Shown here: positions 6,757-14,900 of the stretch, piece by piece | How the letters are laid out: each line of letters begins with the position of its first letter | How positions within the stretch are numbered: the first letter of the stretch is position 1 | From: Chlamydiales bacterium | GTDB lineage: Bacteria > Chlamydiota > Chlamydiia > Chlamydiales > JBFIDQ01 | Direction: 5' to 3' | Length of the DNA stretch: 42,211 bases | NCBI GenBank assembly: GCA_041603795.1 | Contig: JBFIDQ010000001.1 | Location: 1-42,211, forward strand | The notes under the pieces: model-generated | The model's input: the letters and a program-made list of their open reading frames with translations, nothing else | Database searches by the model: none | What the model was told of the DNA's origin: nothing | Position numbers and translations under genes: made by a program

Positions 6757-7233
6757 ATGCAGAATGCTTCCAAGGGTGGCAGGGGTGTCTGTTTCGAGGC
6801 ATGGAACAAAGCCATCAAACGGCATAAGGTAGACGAGGAAGAATTCTCCAAGAGGATCCGGAACGGTTACGTCTCGTACATGCGCAATCGTCAGGCAGTA
6901 CGGAACACTGGCGAGTTCGTCCCTCACCTTAAGATGCTCTCATCCTTCCTGAACCAGGACGTATGGGACGACATCTTTGAGGAAAGCACAGGAGAACTGC
7001 TATTAAAGGCTGTCTCCCTGAATTGCACAGAGCAGGGCTGCAAAGAAGAAGCGTTGTACGTCACTGACGTAGAGAAGCTATGCCAGCGCCACTACCTAGA
7101 GAAGAAGGTTTATCCGGAGCAGGGGGAGACTATCCGTATAATGAAGGAAGTTTACGGCCCTCCTGATGGACAGACATGGAAACAGTGGGCAATCGGAGTT
7201 GTAAAAAAGATCGGGGTTTTTGAAAATGCCTGA
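6757..7233 (+). CDS. hypothetical protein (first gene of rightward early operon)
   Basis: The track ORF begins at a TTG inside the P2 -35 box, which is implausible. The ATG at 6757 is preceded by AGAGGAAGG. The translation is MQNASKGGRGVCFEAWNK.... Confidence 0.7.
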   Translation: MQNASKGGRGVCFEAWNKAIKRHKVDEEEFSKRIRNGYVSYMRNRQAVRNTGEFVPHLKMLSSFLNQDVWDDIFEESTGELLLKAVSLNCTEQGCKEEALYVTDVEKLCQRHYLEKKVYPEQGETIRIMKEVYGPPDGQTWKQWAIGVVKKIGVFENA

Positions 7234-7438
7234 TTTCAAATGGATGCAGCATGGCCGCAGGATGGAGACACCCATAGACATCTACTGTAAGCGCTGCCTG
7301 CGCCACCACAAGAAGGCTGAGGTACATCAGTCGGTCAAGGGTCAAAGATACTACCTGTTAGCAGGCCCGCACATGACGACACACAAGAGTTTCGATGAGG
7401 CTAAGGAGAGATTGAATGATTACGCAAGAACAGGCTGA
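7226..7438 (+). CDS. hypothetical protein
   Basis: The ATG at 7226 overlaps the end of the upstream gene. The track uses TTG at 7220. Confidence 0.55.
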   Translation: MPDFKWMQHGRRMETPIDIYCKRCLRHHKKAEVHQSVKGQRYYLLAGPHMTTHKSFDEAKERLNDYARTG

Positions 7439-7733
7439 AGAAGCTCTGGAGAAGATTATAACCAATTCTTCTAAGATAGCCAAGTCTAAGGCCGAAAAGG
7501 AATATCTGGAGGAATACCGAAAGTCAAAGAAAGCCAGCCTAGTACAGCAGGCAAAAGGTACTGTCCTAGAGAAGGAATCCTATGCTTATGCCCATCCTGA
7601 TTATATAGGCGTGCTGGAAGGGCTCAGGGTGGCCCATGAGGAATATGAGCGCCGACGTTGGATGATGGTAGGCTGGCAGACCACCATAGACGTATGGCGT
7701 ACACAGGAGTCAACCCGGAGAGCGCACGGGTGA
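7416..7733 (+). CDS. hypothetical protein (charged, helical-looking)
   Basis: 105-aa ORF with a 23-nt overlap with the upstream gene. Confidence 0.6.
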   Translation: MITQEQAEEALEKIITNSSKIAKSKAEKEYLEEYRKSKKASLVQQAKGTVLEKESYAYAHPDYIGVLEGLRVAHEEYERRRWMMVGWQTTIDVWRTQESTRRAHG

Positions 7734-7984
7734 AGCATAGAGCCCCCAATGTCCTCCCTGAGTTCGAGGATATATATGAAAATCAGGGGTTTGTACATTG
7801 TGTATGTCCTGATGGTCACTACTTCAAAAACCAGGAATTCGCCGCCGGCACAGTAAGTTGTCCAACATGCGGGAAAGAGACTGAACGCATGCAATATAGC
7901 ACGCCAATGCACGAGGAAAGAAACGATCGATCCTACCTGCTAGACGAAGATTTACCTTACTTGGAAGAAGAAGATGAAGCTTAA
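7730..7984 (+). CDS. small Cys-rich (zinc-ribbon-like) protein with acidic tail
   Basis: The ORF is open from 7658. GTG at 7730 forms a GTGA overlap with the upstream stop and has GGAGA 8 nt upstream. The translation contains CVCPDGH...CPTCG. Start choice is uncertain. Confidence 0.5.
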   Translation: MKHRAPNVLPEFEDIYENQGFVHCVCPDGHYFKNQEFAAGTVSCPTCGKETERMQYSTPMHEERNDRSYLLDEDLPYLEEEDEA

Positions 7985-8402
7985 TCCTTGGGACATAGCC
8001 TTCTCCAGAGCCATCAGGGAGTCGTATAACTGGACTTGCGCTATATGTGAGATAGAGGACACAGAAGCTCAGTTCACGGGCAGGAGCAGGGCTATGCAGT
8101 GTGCTCACGTATTCTCAAGGAAGCACAAGAATGTCAGATGCCACCCTGATAACGCCGTCTGCCTCTGCGCCCGTTGCCACGCTATCATGACGGATGCCCC
8201 TACAGAGTGGGGATTATGGGTAGTAAACCACCTAGGTGAGGGCCGCTATCAAATGCTGCTCGAACGAAAAAACGATATTTCAATCAAGTATTCCAAACAG
8301 GATATGAGTGACATAGCGAATCATTACAGGCAGGAATATGCCAGGATGGTAAACGAAAAGATGCACGGAAAACAGAACGTTGAGTTAGTTTCATATGATT
8401 AG
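7974..8402 (+). CDS. putative NinG/HNH-like zinc-binding nuclease
   Basis: The pattern FSRAIRE..CAICE....CAHVFSRKH...HPDNAVCLCARCH resembles the Cys/His arrangement of lambda NinG-type proteins. This is from memory and was not searched. Confidence 0.55.
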   Translation: MKLNPWDIAFSRAIRESYNWTCAICEIEDTEAQFTGRSRAMQCAHVFSRKHKNVRCHPDNAVCLCARCHAIMTDAPTEWGLWVVNHLGEGRYQMLLERKNDISIKYSKQDMSDIANHYRQEYARMVNEKMHGKQNVELVSYD

Positions 8403-8406
8403 GGTA

Positions 8407-8435
8407 TTGACAAACACTAAAATCTATGATATACT
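8407..8435 (+). promoter_or_regulatory. sigma70-type promoter P3
   Basis: TTGACA (8407-8412), a 17-nt spacer, then TATACT (8430-8435). It sits in the 50-nt gap upstream of the muramidase gene, and a GGAG RBS follows. Confidence 0.65.
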
Positions 8436-8452
8436 GGTTATGGAGAAAATAA

Positions 8453-9019
8453 ATGGCATCTTTCGAAAAAGCCCTAAAGCCAACACTTGCGGCAGAGGGC
8501 ATCTACTCAAATGATCCAGTAGATCCGGGCGGTGAAACCTATTGCGGTATCTCTCGCAAACACAATCCGGACTGGTCAGGCTGGAAGGATATTGATGCAG
8601 GGCATCATCCGTCAGCGGACAGAGTAGCAGAATTCTATAAACCCCGCTATTGGGATGTCTTCCGGGGTGATGAGCTAAGTTCCGACATGGTGGCTCAATT
8701 GATGTTCGACTTTGCGGTCAACGCAGGCGTCCACAGGGCCGTCCAGCAGGCTCAAAGGGCGGCATCAGTGGTTGCCCTATACTCGGGCGAGGAACGCCTC
8801 ATACAGGACGGGGGATACGGCCCTAAGACCCACAGAGTCATAGCGAGCATAGGTGCTCATGAGGTTATGTGGGCCGTATACTACCTCGGAAGCAACATAG
8901 AATACTATCAGTCTATTATTCTCCAGAACGAAAGATTGTCAAAATTCGCTAAGGGATGGGCAAACCGCTGCATCCACAAGCTTGACAAGATACTGTCGGC
9001 ATGGAAACGATCCTTGTAG
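8453..9019 (+). CDS. GH108-family N-acetylmuramidase with PG_binding_3-like C-terminal domain (endolysin candidate)
   Basis: The N-terminal motif LAAEGIYSNDPVDPGGETYCGISR matches the EGGY-x-NDP-x-DPGG-x-T-x-GI signature of glycoside hydrolase family 108. DGGYGPKT appears later. Confidence 0.85.
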   Translation: MASFEKALKPTLAAEGIYSNDPVDPGGETYCGISRKHNPDWSGWKDIDAGHHPSADRVAEFYKPRYWDVFRGDELSSDMVAQLMFDFAVNAGVHRAVQQAQRAASVVALYSGEERLIQDGGYGPKTHRVIASIGAHEVMWAVYYLGSNIEYYQSIILQNERLSKFAKGWANRCIHKLDKILSAWKRSL

Positions 9020-9222
9020 CAGAGACGGTAAGACTGACATGCGAGGGTTACGCTCGCTTGGTAGAGGTTATTGGCGCTCAGGAAGACCCAGCAGCCTATA
9101 TAACACAGCTAATCAGGTTTGTTCCGCAGTTGCAGCATGAGATTCTGAGGGCTTATAGCTTCATCCTGGAGCACGTAGACGGGAACAGCTACTATCTGGC
9201 TTACCAGTCATGCAGCATATGA
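9001..9222 (+). CDS. hypothetical protein
   Basis: 73-aa ORF that overlaps the muramidase gene by 19 nt. Confidence 0.55.
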   Translation: METILVAETVRLTCEGYARLVEVIGAQEDPAAYITQLIRFVPQLQHEILRAYSFILEHVDGNSYYLAYQSCSI

Positions 9223-9389
9223 ATAAGGGCAGAAAACAGAAAATAAAGAACGGCTATGAATACGACGTACTTTATGGCCGTGACATCTACAACTACCTGA
9301 AGCGCCCTAAAGTCGCAAAAAGCATAAAGCGAGCGATGAATAAAAGGGAGCGGGTAGACTGGAAACAAGGCGTCCACACCTCCATTTAG
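9219..9389 (+). CDS. small basic protein (56 aa)
   Basis: My own translation gives MNKGRKQKIKNGYEYDVLYGRDIYNYLKRPKVAKSIKRAMNKRERVDWKQGVHTSI. It has an ATGA overlap with the upstream stop and is below the track cutoff. It replaces the antisense track ORF 9201..9455. Confidence 0.5.
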   Translation: MNKGRKQKIKNGYEYDVLYGRDIYNYLKRPKVAKSIKRAMNKRERVDWKQGVHTSI

Positions 9390-9398
9390 GAGGTTGCT

Positions 9399-10124
9399 TT
9401 GAAACATTTCTTCATTCCAGATACTCAGGTTAAGCCCGGAGTAAACACAGACCATCTTGAAGCCGCTGGTAACTACATAGCGGACAAAAGACCGGACAAG
9501 ATTATCATGATAGGCGACTGGTGGGATATGCCATCGCTGTCAAGCTACGATAAACCGGGCCAAGAGGGATGGGAAGCCAAGGACGTAGCGGCAGACTTCG
9601 CGGCCGGGAACGCGGCCATGCGCAGGATGATGGGACCAATCCTGAACGCAAAAGACTATCATCCGATGCTTATTTTCTGCATGGGGAATCACGAAGTCAG
9701 GCGAGAAAGAGCCTGCGCCGATCCCATGAACAGGAAGTTTAAAAGCTACCTCTCTGCGGATAATTTCGATCTGGACGGCTGGCGCGTCATTCCATACCTG
9801 AAGCCAGTGAAGGTAGATGGGATTCTATACTGCCATACCTTCGAGAACGTCCGTGGCATGGTAGAAACAAGGATAAAGACCGTAGGCAACAGTTTCGTAG
9901 CCGGTCATGAGCACACATACATGGTCGGAGCTTTCCATACGTCGGAAGGTCAGCGCAGAAGGGGGCTAGTATGCGGATCCTTCTACCAACATGACGAGCA
10001 CTACGTAGGCTGGCAGAAAAACAAAAAGACTTGGCGCGGATGCTTCCAGCTAAACGAGGTCAAGAACGGCGATTACGACCTACTCGAACTGAGTCTAAAA
10101 TATCTAATGAAAAGCTGGTTGTGA
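9399..10124 (+). CDS. calcineurin-like metallophosphoesterase
   Basis: Motifs present are IMIGDWWD (GDxxD), CMGNHE (GNHE) and AGHEH. The start is TTG, 5 nt after GGAGG. Confidence 0.8.
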   Translation: MKHFFIPDTQVKPGVNTDHLEAAGNYIADKRPDKIIMIGDWWDMPSLSSYDKPGQEGWEAKDVAADFAAGNAAMRRMMGPILNAKDYHPMLIFCMGNHEVRRERACADPMNRKFKSYLSADNFDLDGWRVIPYLKPVKVDGILYCHTFENVRGMVETRIKTVGNSFVAGHEHTYMVGAFHTSEGQRRRGLVCGSFYQHDEHYVGWQKNKKTWRGCFQLNEVKNGDYDLLELSLKYLMKSWL

Positions 10125-10438
10125 CGCCTAAAGACATCAAGAAGATCCCGCTATCACTCATAGTATGGGACGATATAGTCACAGAGAACAGCGGCTGGTT
10201 GGCCTTAGAGGACATAGACAGTTTGGAATCCGTCACTTGTTTTACTCCCGGCTGGATAGTCAGGGAGGACGGATATAATTATTACATAGTACAAAATTGG
10301 GGAGAACATAAGGGTATCTTTGAACCGGCTGTAGATTGCACAATCCCTAAGGGATGTGTCAGGTCTATAGTAACCTTACGGAAGCGATGGAATGGCGGTA
10401 ATAGACGATCTGATACAGGCACAACTGGAGAAATCTAG
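10121..10438 (+). CDS. hypothetical protein
   Basis: The ORF is open from 10031. GTG at 10121 forms a GTGA overlap with the upstream stop. Start choice is uncertain. Confidence 0.5.
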   Translation: MTPKDIKKIPLSLIVWDDIVTENSGWLALEDIDSLESVTCFTPGWIVREDGYNYYIVQNWGEHKGIFEPAVDCTIPKGCVRSIVTLRKRWNGGNRRSDTGTTGEI

Positions 10439-11735
10439 GGGCCTGCCTGCGCCTTCCATAGTAAAGCCTTCAAGAAAGAATGGTCAAGTAACCGTTGAAT
10501 CTCTCATAGCGCAAGGTCTCAATCCCTCCTACATAGAAAATTACGGCGACCTGCCCTATGAGCGATTCAATCCGGATCAGTACGGCCGAGGTGTAGCAAA
10601 TCTAAAATCATTTGACCAGGCTCGTGGGGTATTCAATCAATACCTAAAGATCAAACCCGGACAGCCAGGATACGACAACGCGCAGAAGTTCAAGAAACTA
10701 CTTCAATCGCAGTTCGGCATAGCGGACCCTAATAAAGCCACTGACCGCCAGTTATTCGAGGCGATGGATCTGGCCCTTCGTGATTCTCAGAAAGACAATC
10801 AGAAGGAAAACGGGTTCGGGTCCAGCATTCTAGGCAAGGCCCTCGGATTTCTAGCGCCTATAGCGGGCGGTATAGTTGGCGGACCGCTTGGTGGAGCCCT
10901 AGCGGGAGGTCTGACATCCGGTCTAACTTCCGGCAGTCCCATAGCGGGCCTTGCGGGAGCGGCGGGTGGATTTTTCGGCGGCTCTGTTTTCAATAAGGCG
11001 CTAGGGGTTGGAACCGGCGGATTGCTCGGACTCCCAGGTGGATCGCTACCCGGTCAAGCTATCAATGCCGCTAAAGGCGTGTTCGGATTCAATCAAGGCG
11101 GGTTTACTAATCCGGCAGGCTTAGGACTAAGCCCGGAGCAATTGTACAATCCTGCCAGCCTGGGTGGCTCACCGGCTAACCTGACGCAGTCACTTGCTGG
11201 CGGTGGCTTCACTAACGCGGCTGGGCTCGGCCTGGATGCTGCGCAGCTATTTCGGCAGCCACTAAACAATATCACCAATTATGCCGGCGGTGGATTCTTT
11301 AATCCGGATGCGCTAGGGATCGACGCTACGGATCTTTACAATCCGCAATCGCTAGGCGGTCCGGCTCCGTCTAGCAGCGTTAAAGACATCTTGAAAGAGA
11401 TCGGCAAGGGTATCACCAGTCTATCCGGCGGACAGCAGCAGCCTATAACGCAACGATCGACAGGGTTTAGCGTGCCGCAACTGTCACTTGCTGCGGCTAC
11501 ACCGACAGCGCAGACGATAGGCGGTACACTTCCGCAGATAACCTTTCCTCAGAATACAACTGCCGCTAGACCCGGCCTAACGGACAACCTAAGCGCGCGC
11601 CTGTTACAAGATAGATTCGGCGGTCCTGATCTGAAGGGGATCGGAAACTTTAACGCTCAAGCCAGGGGCCAGGGACTATCCGGCCCAAGCGAGAGACGCG
11701 GTCAGCGCAGACAGCAACTAGCTGCACTGGTTTAG
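10392..11735 (+). CDS. glycine-rich protein with glycine-zipper segment and three internal repeats
   Basis: A GxxxG-rich hydrophobic stretch is present (GKALGFLAPIAGGIVGGPLGGALAGGLTSGLTSG...). Three copies of GG(G)F(T/F)N-x-x-x-LG(L/I)-x-x-x-x-L(Y/F) lie at about 11094-11365. Confidence 0.75.
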   Translation: MAVIDDLIQAQLEKSRGLPAPSIVKPSRKNGQVTVESLIAQGLNPSYIENYGDLPYERFNPDQYGRGVANLKSFDQARGVFNQYLKIKPGQPGYDNAQKFKKLLQSQFGIADPNKATDRQLFEAMDLALRDSQKDNQKENGFGSSILGKALGFLAPIAGGIVGGPLGGALAGGLTSGLTSGSPIAGLAGAAGGFFGGSVFNKALGVGTGGLLGLPGGSLPGQAINAAKGVFGFNQGGFTNPAGLGLSPEQLYNPASLGGSPANLTQSLAGGGFTNAAGLGLDAAQLFRQPLNNITNYAGGGFFNPDALGIDATDLYNPQSLGGPAPSSSVKDILKEIGKGITSLSGGQQQPITQRSTGFSVPQLSLAAATPTAQTIGGTLPQITFPQNTTAARPGLTDNLSARLLQDRFGGPDLKGIGNFNAQARGQGLSGPSERRGQRRQQLAALV

Positions 11736-11742
11736 GATCCCT

Positions 11743-11775
11743 ATAGTAAGGGTTGGCAGCCTCATAGTAAGGGTT
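11743..11775. repeat. direct repeat ATAGTAAGGGTT x2, 21-nt period
   Basis: Identical 12-mers at 11743-11754 and 11764-11775, just downstream of the last rightward early gene. Confidence 0.8.
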
Positions 11776-11800
11776 TTCAAATCCGCCCAGGCCTACCGCA

Positions 11801-11868
11801 ACAGACCGAAAAAAAAATTTGAGTAATTGAGAACTATTCTCAGGTTAAGAACCATTCTCACAGACCGA
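11801..11868. repeat. iteron/operator-like repeat set with A9 tract
   Basis: ACAGACCGA occurs at 11801-11809 and 11860-11868. AGAAC(T/C)ATTCTCA occurs at 11830-11842 and 11848-11860, and each contains an AGAA-n3-TTCT inverted repeat. An A9T3 tract lies at 11809-11820. Confidence 0.7.
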
Positions 11869-12089
11869 TTCTAAGCCCGTATAAGAGGCGCAAAAATAAA
11901 CCCTAGGCCTACTATTGATTTGGAATAAAAACCCGTCACAAGCGCTTAGGTTAGCTAATACGCGGCCGTATAACGTCCGAATTGCTTTTAAGGTAGGATG
12001 CTAGCGGGTTTATGGTATCGGCCAGCGGATGAGATTATGCGAATCCTGGATTGATCCGTGACACGGCGAGATCTACCGGATTGACAGGC

Positions 12090-12117
12090 AAAAAAATACC
12101 CGCACTGTGGCGGGTAT
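12090..12117 (-). terminator. Rho-independent terminator (minus strand)
   Basis: The minus strand reads ATACCCGC-CACAGT-GCGGGTAT followed by TTTTTT. It lies 17 nt downstream of the stop of 12135..12320. Confidence 0.75.
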
Positions 12118-12134
12118 AAGGTTAGCGCGTTGGG

Positions 12135-12320
12135 TTATCGTTCGAGGTAGTTATAAACCTCCGACACAAGGGAGCCATCATAAACCCGATCACGCTCGAT
12201 CCATACTTCAACTGCAGACCATTGATCGATCTCTAATTCTGCGGCTAATTGTTCAACCCGATCAAGCGCATTGTTAAATTCGCTGATCGCCTCGTGGAAT
12301 TGGTAGTCAGAATTATGCAT
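12135..12320 (-). CDS. hypothetical small acidic protein
   Basis: 61-aa ORF, the last gene of the reverse cassette. It overlaps the upstream gene by 8 nt. Confidence 0.6.
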   Translation of the reverse strand: MHNSDYQFHEAISEFNNALDRVEQLAAELEIDQWSAVEVWIERDRVYDGSLVSEVYNYLER

Positions 12321-13035
12321 GTTCGTTCGCCTTTTTAATTGCTATGGCCAGCCCTCGTGGAGTAGCCGATCTAATGTTTTTTGTCTTTAGTGACTTGCCA
12401 CCTAGTTTAGACCATTGTTTTGAGGATTGCGAGCCCGCAGATTCGTGCATGATAGGATCGACAGGGCTTTTGCTCGGCATGCAAAACCCGTTGCCGTACC
12501 ACAATCCGGTTTTCTTTGTGTAGGCATCGCGCGGCGCTATGTAATCCGGCCATGTTGGGTGTTCGGCTTCTCTCTCCAGGATATAACCGCCGAATTCATA
12601 TGGATGAATGTAAACGTTGGGCTTTCGCCATAACGTTGAAAGAGCGCCTACGGGATTTTCGATCACATAAGGCGATCGGTAATAATCCGCAACACATACG
12701 GCAAATTGAGCTAAATTCACTGCTTTAGTTTGGAATTCCGGATCGGCCTTGCGTTTCTTTTTCCAGTGTTTCGCGCCACTAACCGCTAGATCAGTACAAG
12801 GTGGAAAGGCGAGCACAAGCTTTACAGATCCCGGCAAATAAGGTTTCCCAATACTTTTGAGCGTATTAATCAAATCTCCAAGACTGGACAATTTAGCGTG
12901 CGCATACGTTATACCGTCGATCACCTTTACGCCGTTATGCTGAATGTCAAAGCATATACAATCATGACCACTATCTCGCCAGGGTTTGACGGCTTCGCCA
13001 GTGTAATCAAAAAGACTAATAATCATTTTGTTCAC
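12313..13035 (-). CDS. DNA (cytosine-5) methyltransferase-like protein (divergent, short)
   Basis: SLFDYTGE resembles motif I (FxGxG). FPPCTDLAVSG resembles motif IV (PC catalytic dipeptide). VIENPVG resembles motif VI (ENV). GGAG lies upstream of the ATG. At 240 aa it is short for the family. Confidence 0.6.
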   Translation of the reverse strand: MNKMIISLFDYTGEAVKPWRDSGHDCICFDIQHNGVKVIDGITYAHAKLSSLGDLINTLKSIGKPYLPGSVKLVLAFPPCTDLAVSGAKHWKKKRKADPEFQTKAVNLAQFAVCVADYYRSPYVIENPVGALSTLWRKPNVYIHPYEFGGYILEREAEHPTWPDYIAPRDAYTKKTGLWYGNGFCMPSKSPVDPIMHESAGSQSSKQWSKLGGKSLKTKNIRSATPRGLAIAIKKANEHA

Positions 13036-13090
13036 TCCGAGATCAAAATATAAACAACAATCATAACTAGAATAAAGTCTAAATATCCCA

Positions 13091-13789
13091 TTACCCTAAA
13101 TCTCCTGCAACATGATGTCGCAACACAGTCCCGCGCGGCAAGTCTTCGACGAAGTCTGACAGTTTAGCCGCATCTGACACGCTCTCGTCTCGTCTCGCAA
13201 GCTTTCGCCAGTGTAGGCCAACATTGCCGCCGGAAGCGTAACAACCGCCCGATCCTTCGCCTACCTTACGCTTTGCCGCGCCGTGAGCAGGAAACACGAT
13301 CACATAATCCCGATCCCGCGCGCATAACGGAACATCACCACCGCAATTGTTGCAGCCGATCTTGTCCTGATAAGTTGCGGGGCATTGGACAAACCGCACG
13401 CCACGCTGTCTCCAATGTTTTCGCACCTTATCCTCAGGCAATGCTAAGACCGTGTTAATACCCGCCTTACAGGACCGTACAGCGGCTCTGAGGGTATCCG
13501 CGCTATGATTGATCATCGTCGCCGGCCCTGTCCCCCGCATTGCTTGCCACTTTTTAAGCCATTTTCGCGGGCTAAAATGTGTGTATGTGAACGCTATCCC
13601 CTTGCGAGGTACAGCACGCACAAGAGCTTCAAAATACTGCCAATCGATCGACAGTGTTCCGCGTTCACCTGCCGGCATTAATGCGCAGTTACTAGGGCAG
13701 TTACCGTACGGATTACCCGAGCTTGCGCGATAAGTGACAGCCAATCCGGCAGTTTTGGCGGCACCGGACACCGCAGTCGTGATCAACAT
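13091..13789 (-). CDS. Cys-rich protein of unknown function
   Basis: The 232-aa ORF has Cys clusters GNCPSNC, QCPATY, GCNNCGGDVPLC and GGCYASGG. The C-terminus ends RHHVAGDLG. I could not place it in a family with confidence. Confidence 0.7.
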   Translation of the reverse strand: MLITTAVSGAAKTAGLAVTYRASSGNPYGNCPSNCALMPAGERGTLSIDWQYFEALVRAVPRKGIAFTYTHFSPRKWLKKWQAMRGTGPATMINHSADTLRAAVRSCKAGINTVLALPEDKVRKHWRQRGVRFVQCPATYQDKIGCNNCGGDVPLCARDRDYVIVFPAHGAAKRKVGEGSGGCYASGGNVGLHWRKLARRDESVSDAAKLSDFVEDLPRGTVLRHHVAGDLG

Positions 13790-13966
13790 CTATTTTACCT
13801 CTCTCAAGCGTGTGACAGTAAATTCCCAATCATGATCGCCATCCGCTGCGCGGTCTACTAGATCTTGGGCTACTTTGAAAGCCTCGAACTCATCAGTGAG
13901 CGGTCCAAAGCACATAGGATCAGTACTGTCGCTTGTGGCTATGACTACAAATAACGGATCCATCAT
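13790..13966 (-). CDS. hypothetical small acidic protein (58 aa)
   Basis: My own translation gives MMDPLFVVIATSDSTDPMCFGPLTDEFEAFKVAQDLVDRAADGDHDWEFTVTRLREVK. It has an ATGA overlap upstream, and its stop abuts the ATG at 13789. Confidence 0.5.
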   Translation of the reverse strand: MMDPLFVVIATSDSTDPMCFGPLTDEFEAFKVAQDLVDRAADGDHDWEFTVTRLREVK

Positions 13967-14295
13967 TGATCCCCTGTAAGCTTGCTAACGTCTGATTCGT
14001 TCAGGGTAAACCGCAGTCGTTTAGTCTTGCCGCAAAACGTACCGGATTCAACGATTGCGTATCCTGTCGGAATCTTTACGGTCTTAACCTCGAAGTCTGG
14101 CCACGTCGCGCCCGTGATAGGCTCACGCGTTCCCGTCGCAAGGTTTACAAGATCATATGCTGAAATACTTCCGCCGGACCAATTCATTGAGCTAGTGTTA
14201 ATCGTAAGATGATCGGCGCAATGGTACGTGAACGATTTTTTACGATTGCCCATTGCAAGGTGTTTCGGTGGCGCTTTTTTAACTTCTGTGAACAT
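13963..14295 (-). CDS. hypothetical protein
   Basis: 110-aa ORF with a 1-nt overlap with the upstream gene. Confidence 0.65.
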   Translation of the reverse strand: MFTEVKKAPPKHLAMGNRKKSFTYHCADHLTINTSSMNWSGGSISAYDLVNLATGTREPITGATWPDFEVKTVKIPTGYAIVESGTFCGKTKRLRFTLNESDVSKLTGDQ

Positions 14296-14447
14296 TATTC
14301 ATTCTCCATAAGGTAACGATCCAGGGGGGCAAATGGCGGCAATTCTATATCATCGAATTCCCAAGGATCAAGATCCGGCTCATCTTCGATCAATTGTTCA
14401 CCGTGAATAAGAACGTATTGATCAAGCAATTCATCTAGTGTGAACAT
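14295..14447 (-). CDS. small highly acidic protein (50 aa)
   Basis: The internal ATG at 14447 (MFTLDELLDQ...) follows GGAGA and lies just after the upstream stop. I counted 16 Asp/Glu against 1 Arg in the translation. Confidence 0.55.
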   Translation of the reverse strand: MFTLDELLDQYVLIHGEQLIEDEPDLDPWEFDDIELPPFAPLDRYLMENE

Positions 14448-14448
14448 G

Positions 14449-14646
14449 CTAATCGTCTCCGTAATAATTGAAGCTCGGATCATCGCGATCCTCGCGTGCT
14501 AGTTCGGTCTTCGCATCGTGATAATCATCGCGTAAAGCCTCGATTCTGTCGTGCTCGCAATCCTCACAGAGCAGATCGTCACCGTAAGGTACACATACAT
14601 GATCATCGAGGTATTCGCCGCACCATTTACATTGGAATATTGCCAT
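14449..14646 (-). CDS. small zinc-ribbon protein with acidic tail
   Basis: CKWCG...CEDCEH gives two CxxC pairs. The C-terminal half is acidic. Confidence 0.6.
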   Translation of the reverse strand: MAIFQCKWCGEYLDDHVCVPYGDDLLCEDCEHDRIEALRDDYHDAKTELAREDRDDPSFNYYGDD

Positions 14647-14867
14647 TATTGATCACCGTACACCAGGGCTTTAATGTAATCGTGGCAAACTTGCGCTTCT
14701 TTAAGCGCCTGCTCAGCCTCACTGATAAGAACACGCGCCATACTTTTATACCCATGCCGAGCGCAGTGCAAAGCCTGTTTAGCATGCTTACTGGCGGATT
14801 CAATAAAATACTGCTCTTGCTCGGTTCCATATTCAATCATGGCGAATTTAAGGTTTGGTGACATCAT
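14646..14867 (-). CDS. hypothetical protein
   Basis: The track ORF is 14646..14918. The ATG at 14867 is preceded by AAGGAG. Confidence 0.6.
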   Translation of the reverse strand: MMSPNLKFAMIEYGTEQEQYFIESASKHAKQALHCARHGYKSMARVLISEAEQALKEAQVCHDYIKALVYGDQ

Positions 14868-14900
14868 GTTGATTACTCCTTTTTTCAATGTGTAGGGCCG

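Noticed and set aside
9201-9455. 84-aa minus-strand ORF
   Set aside because: It is antisense to an ATGA-coupled small basic ORF (9219..9389) and to the start of the metallophosphoesterase. It lies in an otherwise purely rightward operon and has no RBS.
10799-11278. Pro/Ala-rich minus-strand ORFs (10799..10993, 11093..11278)
   Set aside because: They are the reverse-complement shadow of the GGN-rich codons of the glycine-rich gene.
11880-12089. Possible tRNA or small gene in the convergent spacer (GCGAATCC T-loop-like string at about 12040)
   Set aside because: No flanking 5-bp T stem or acceptor pairing could be drawn on either strand, and there is no ORF with an RBS.
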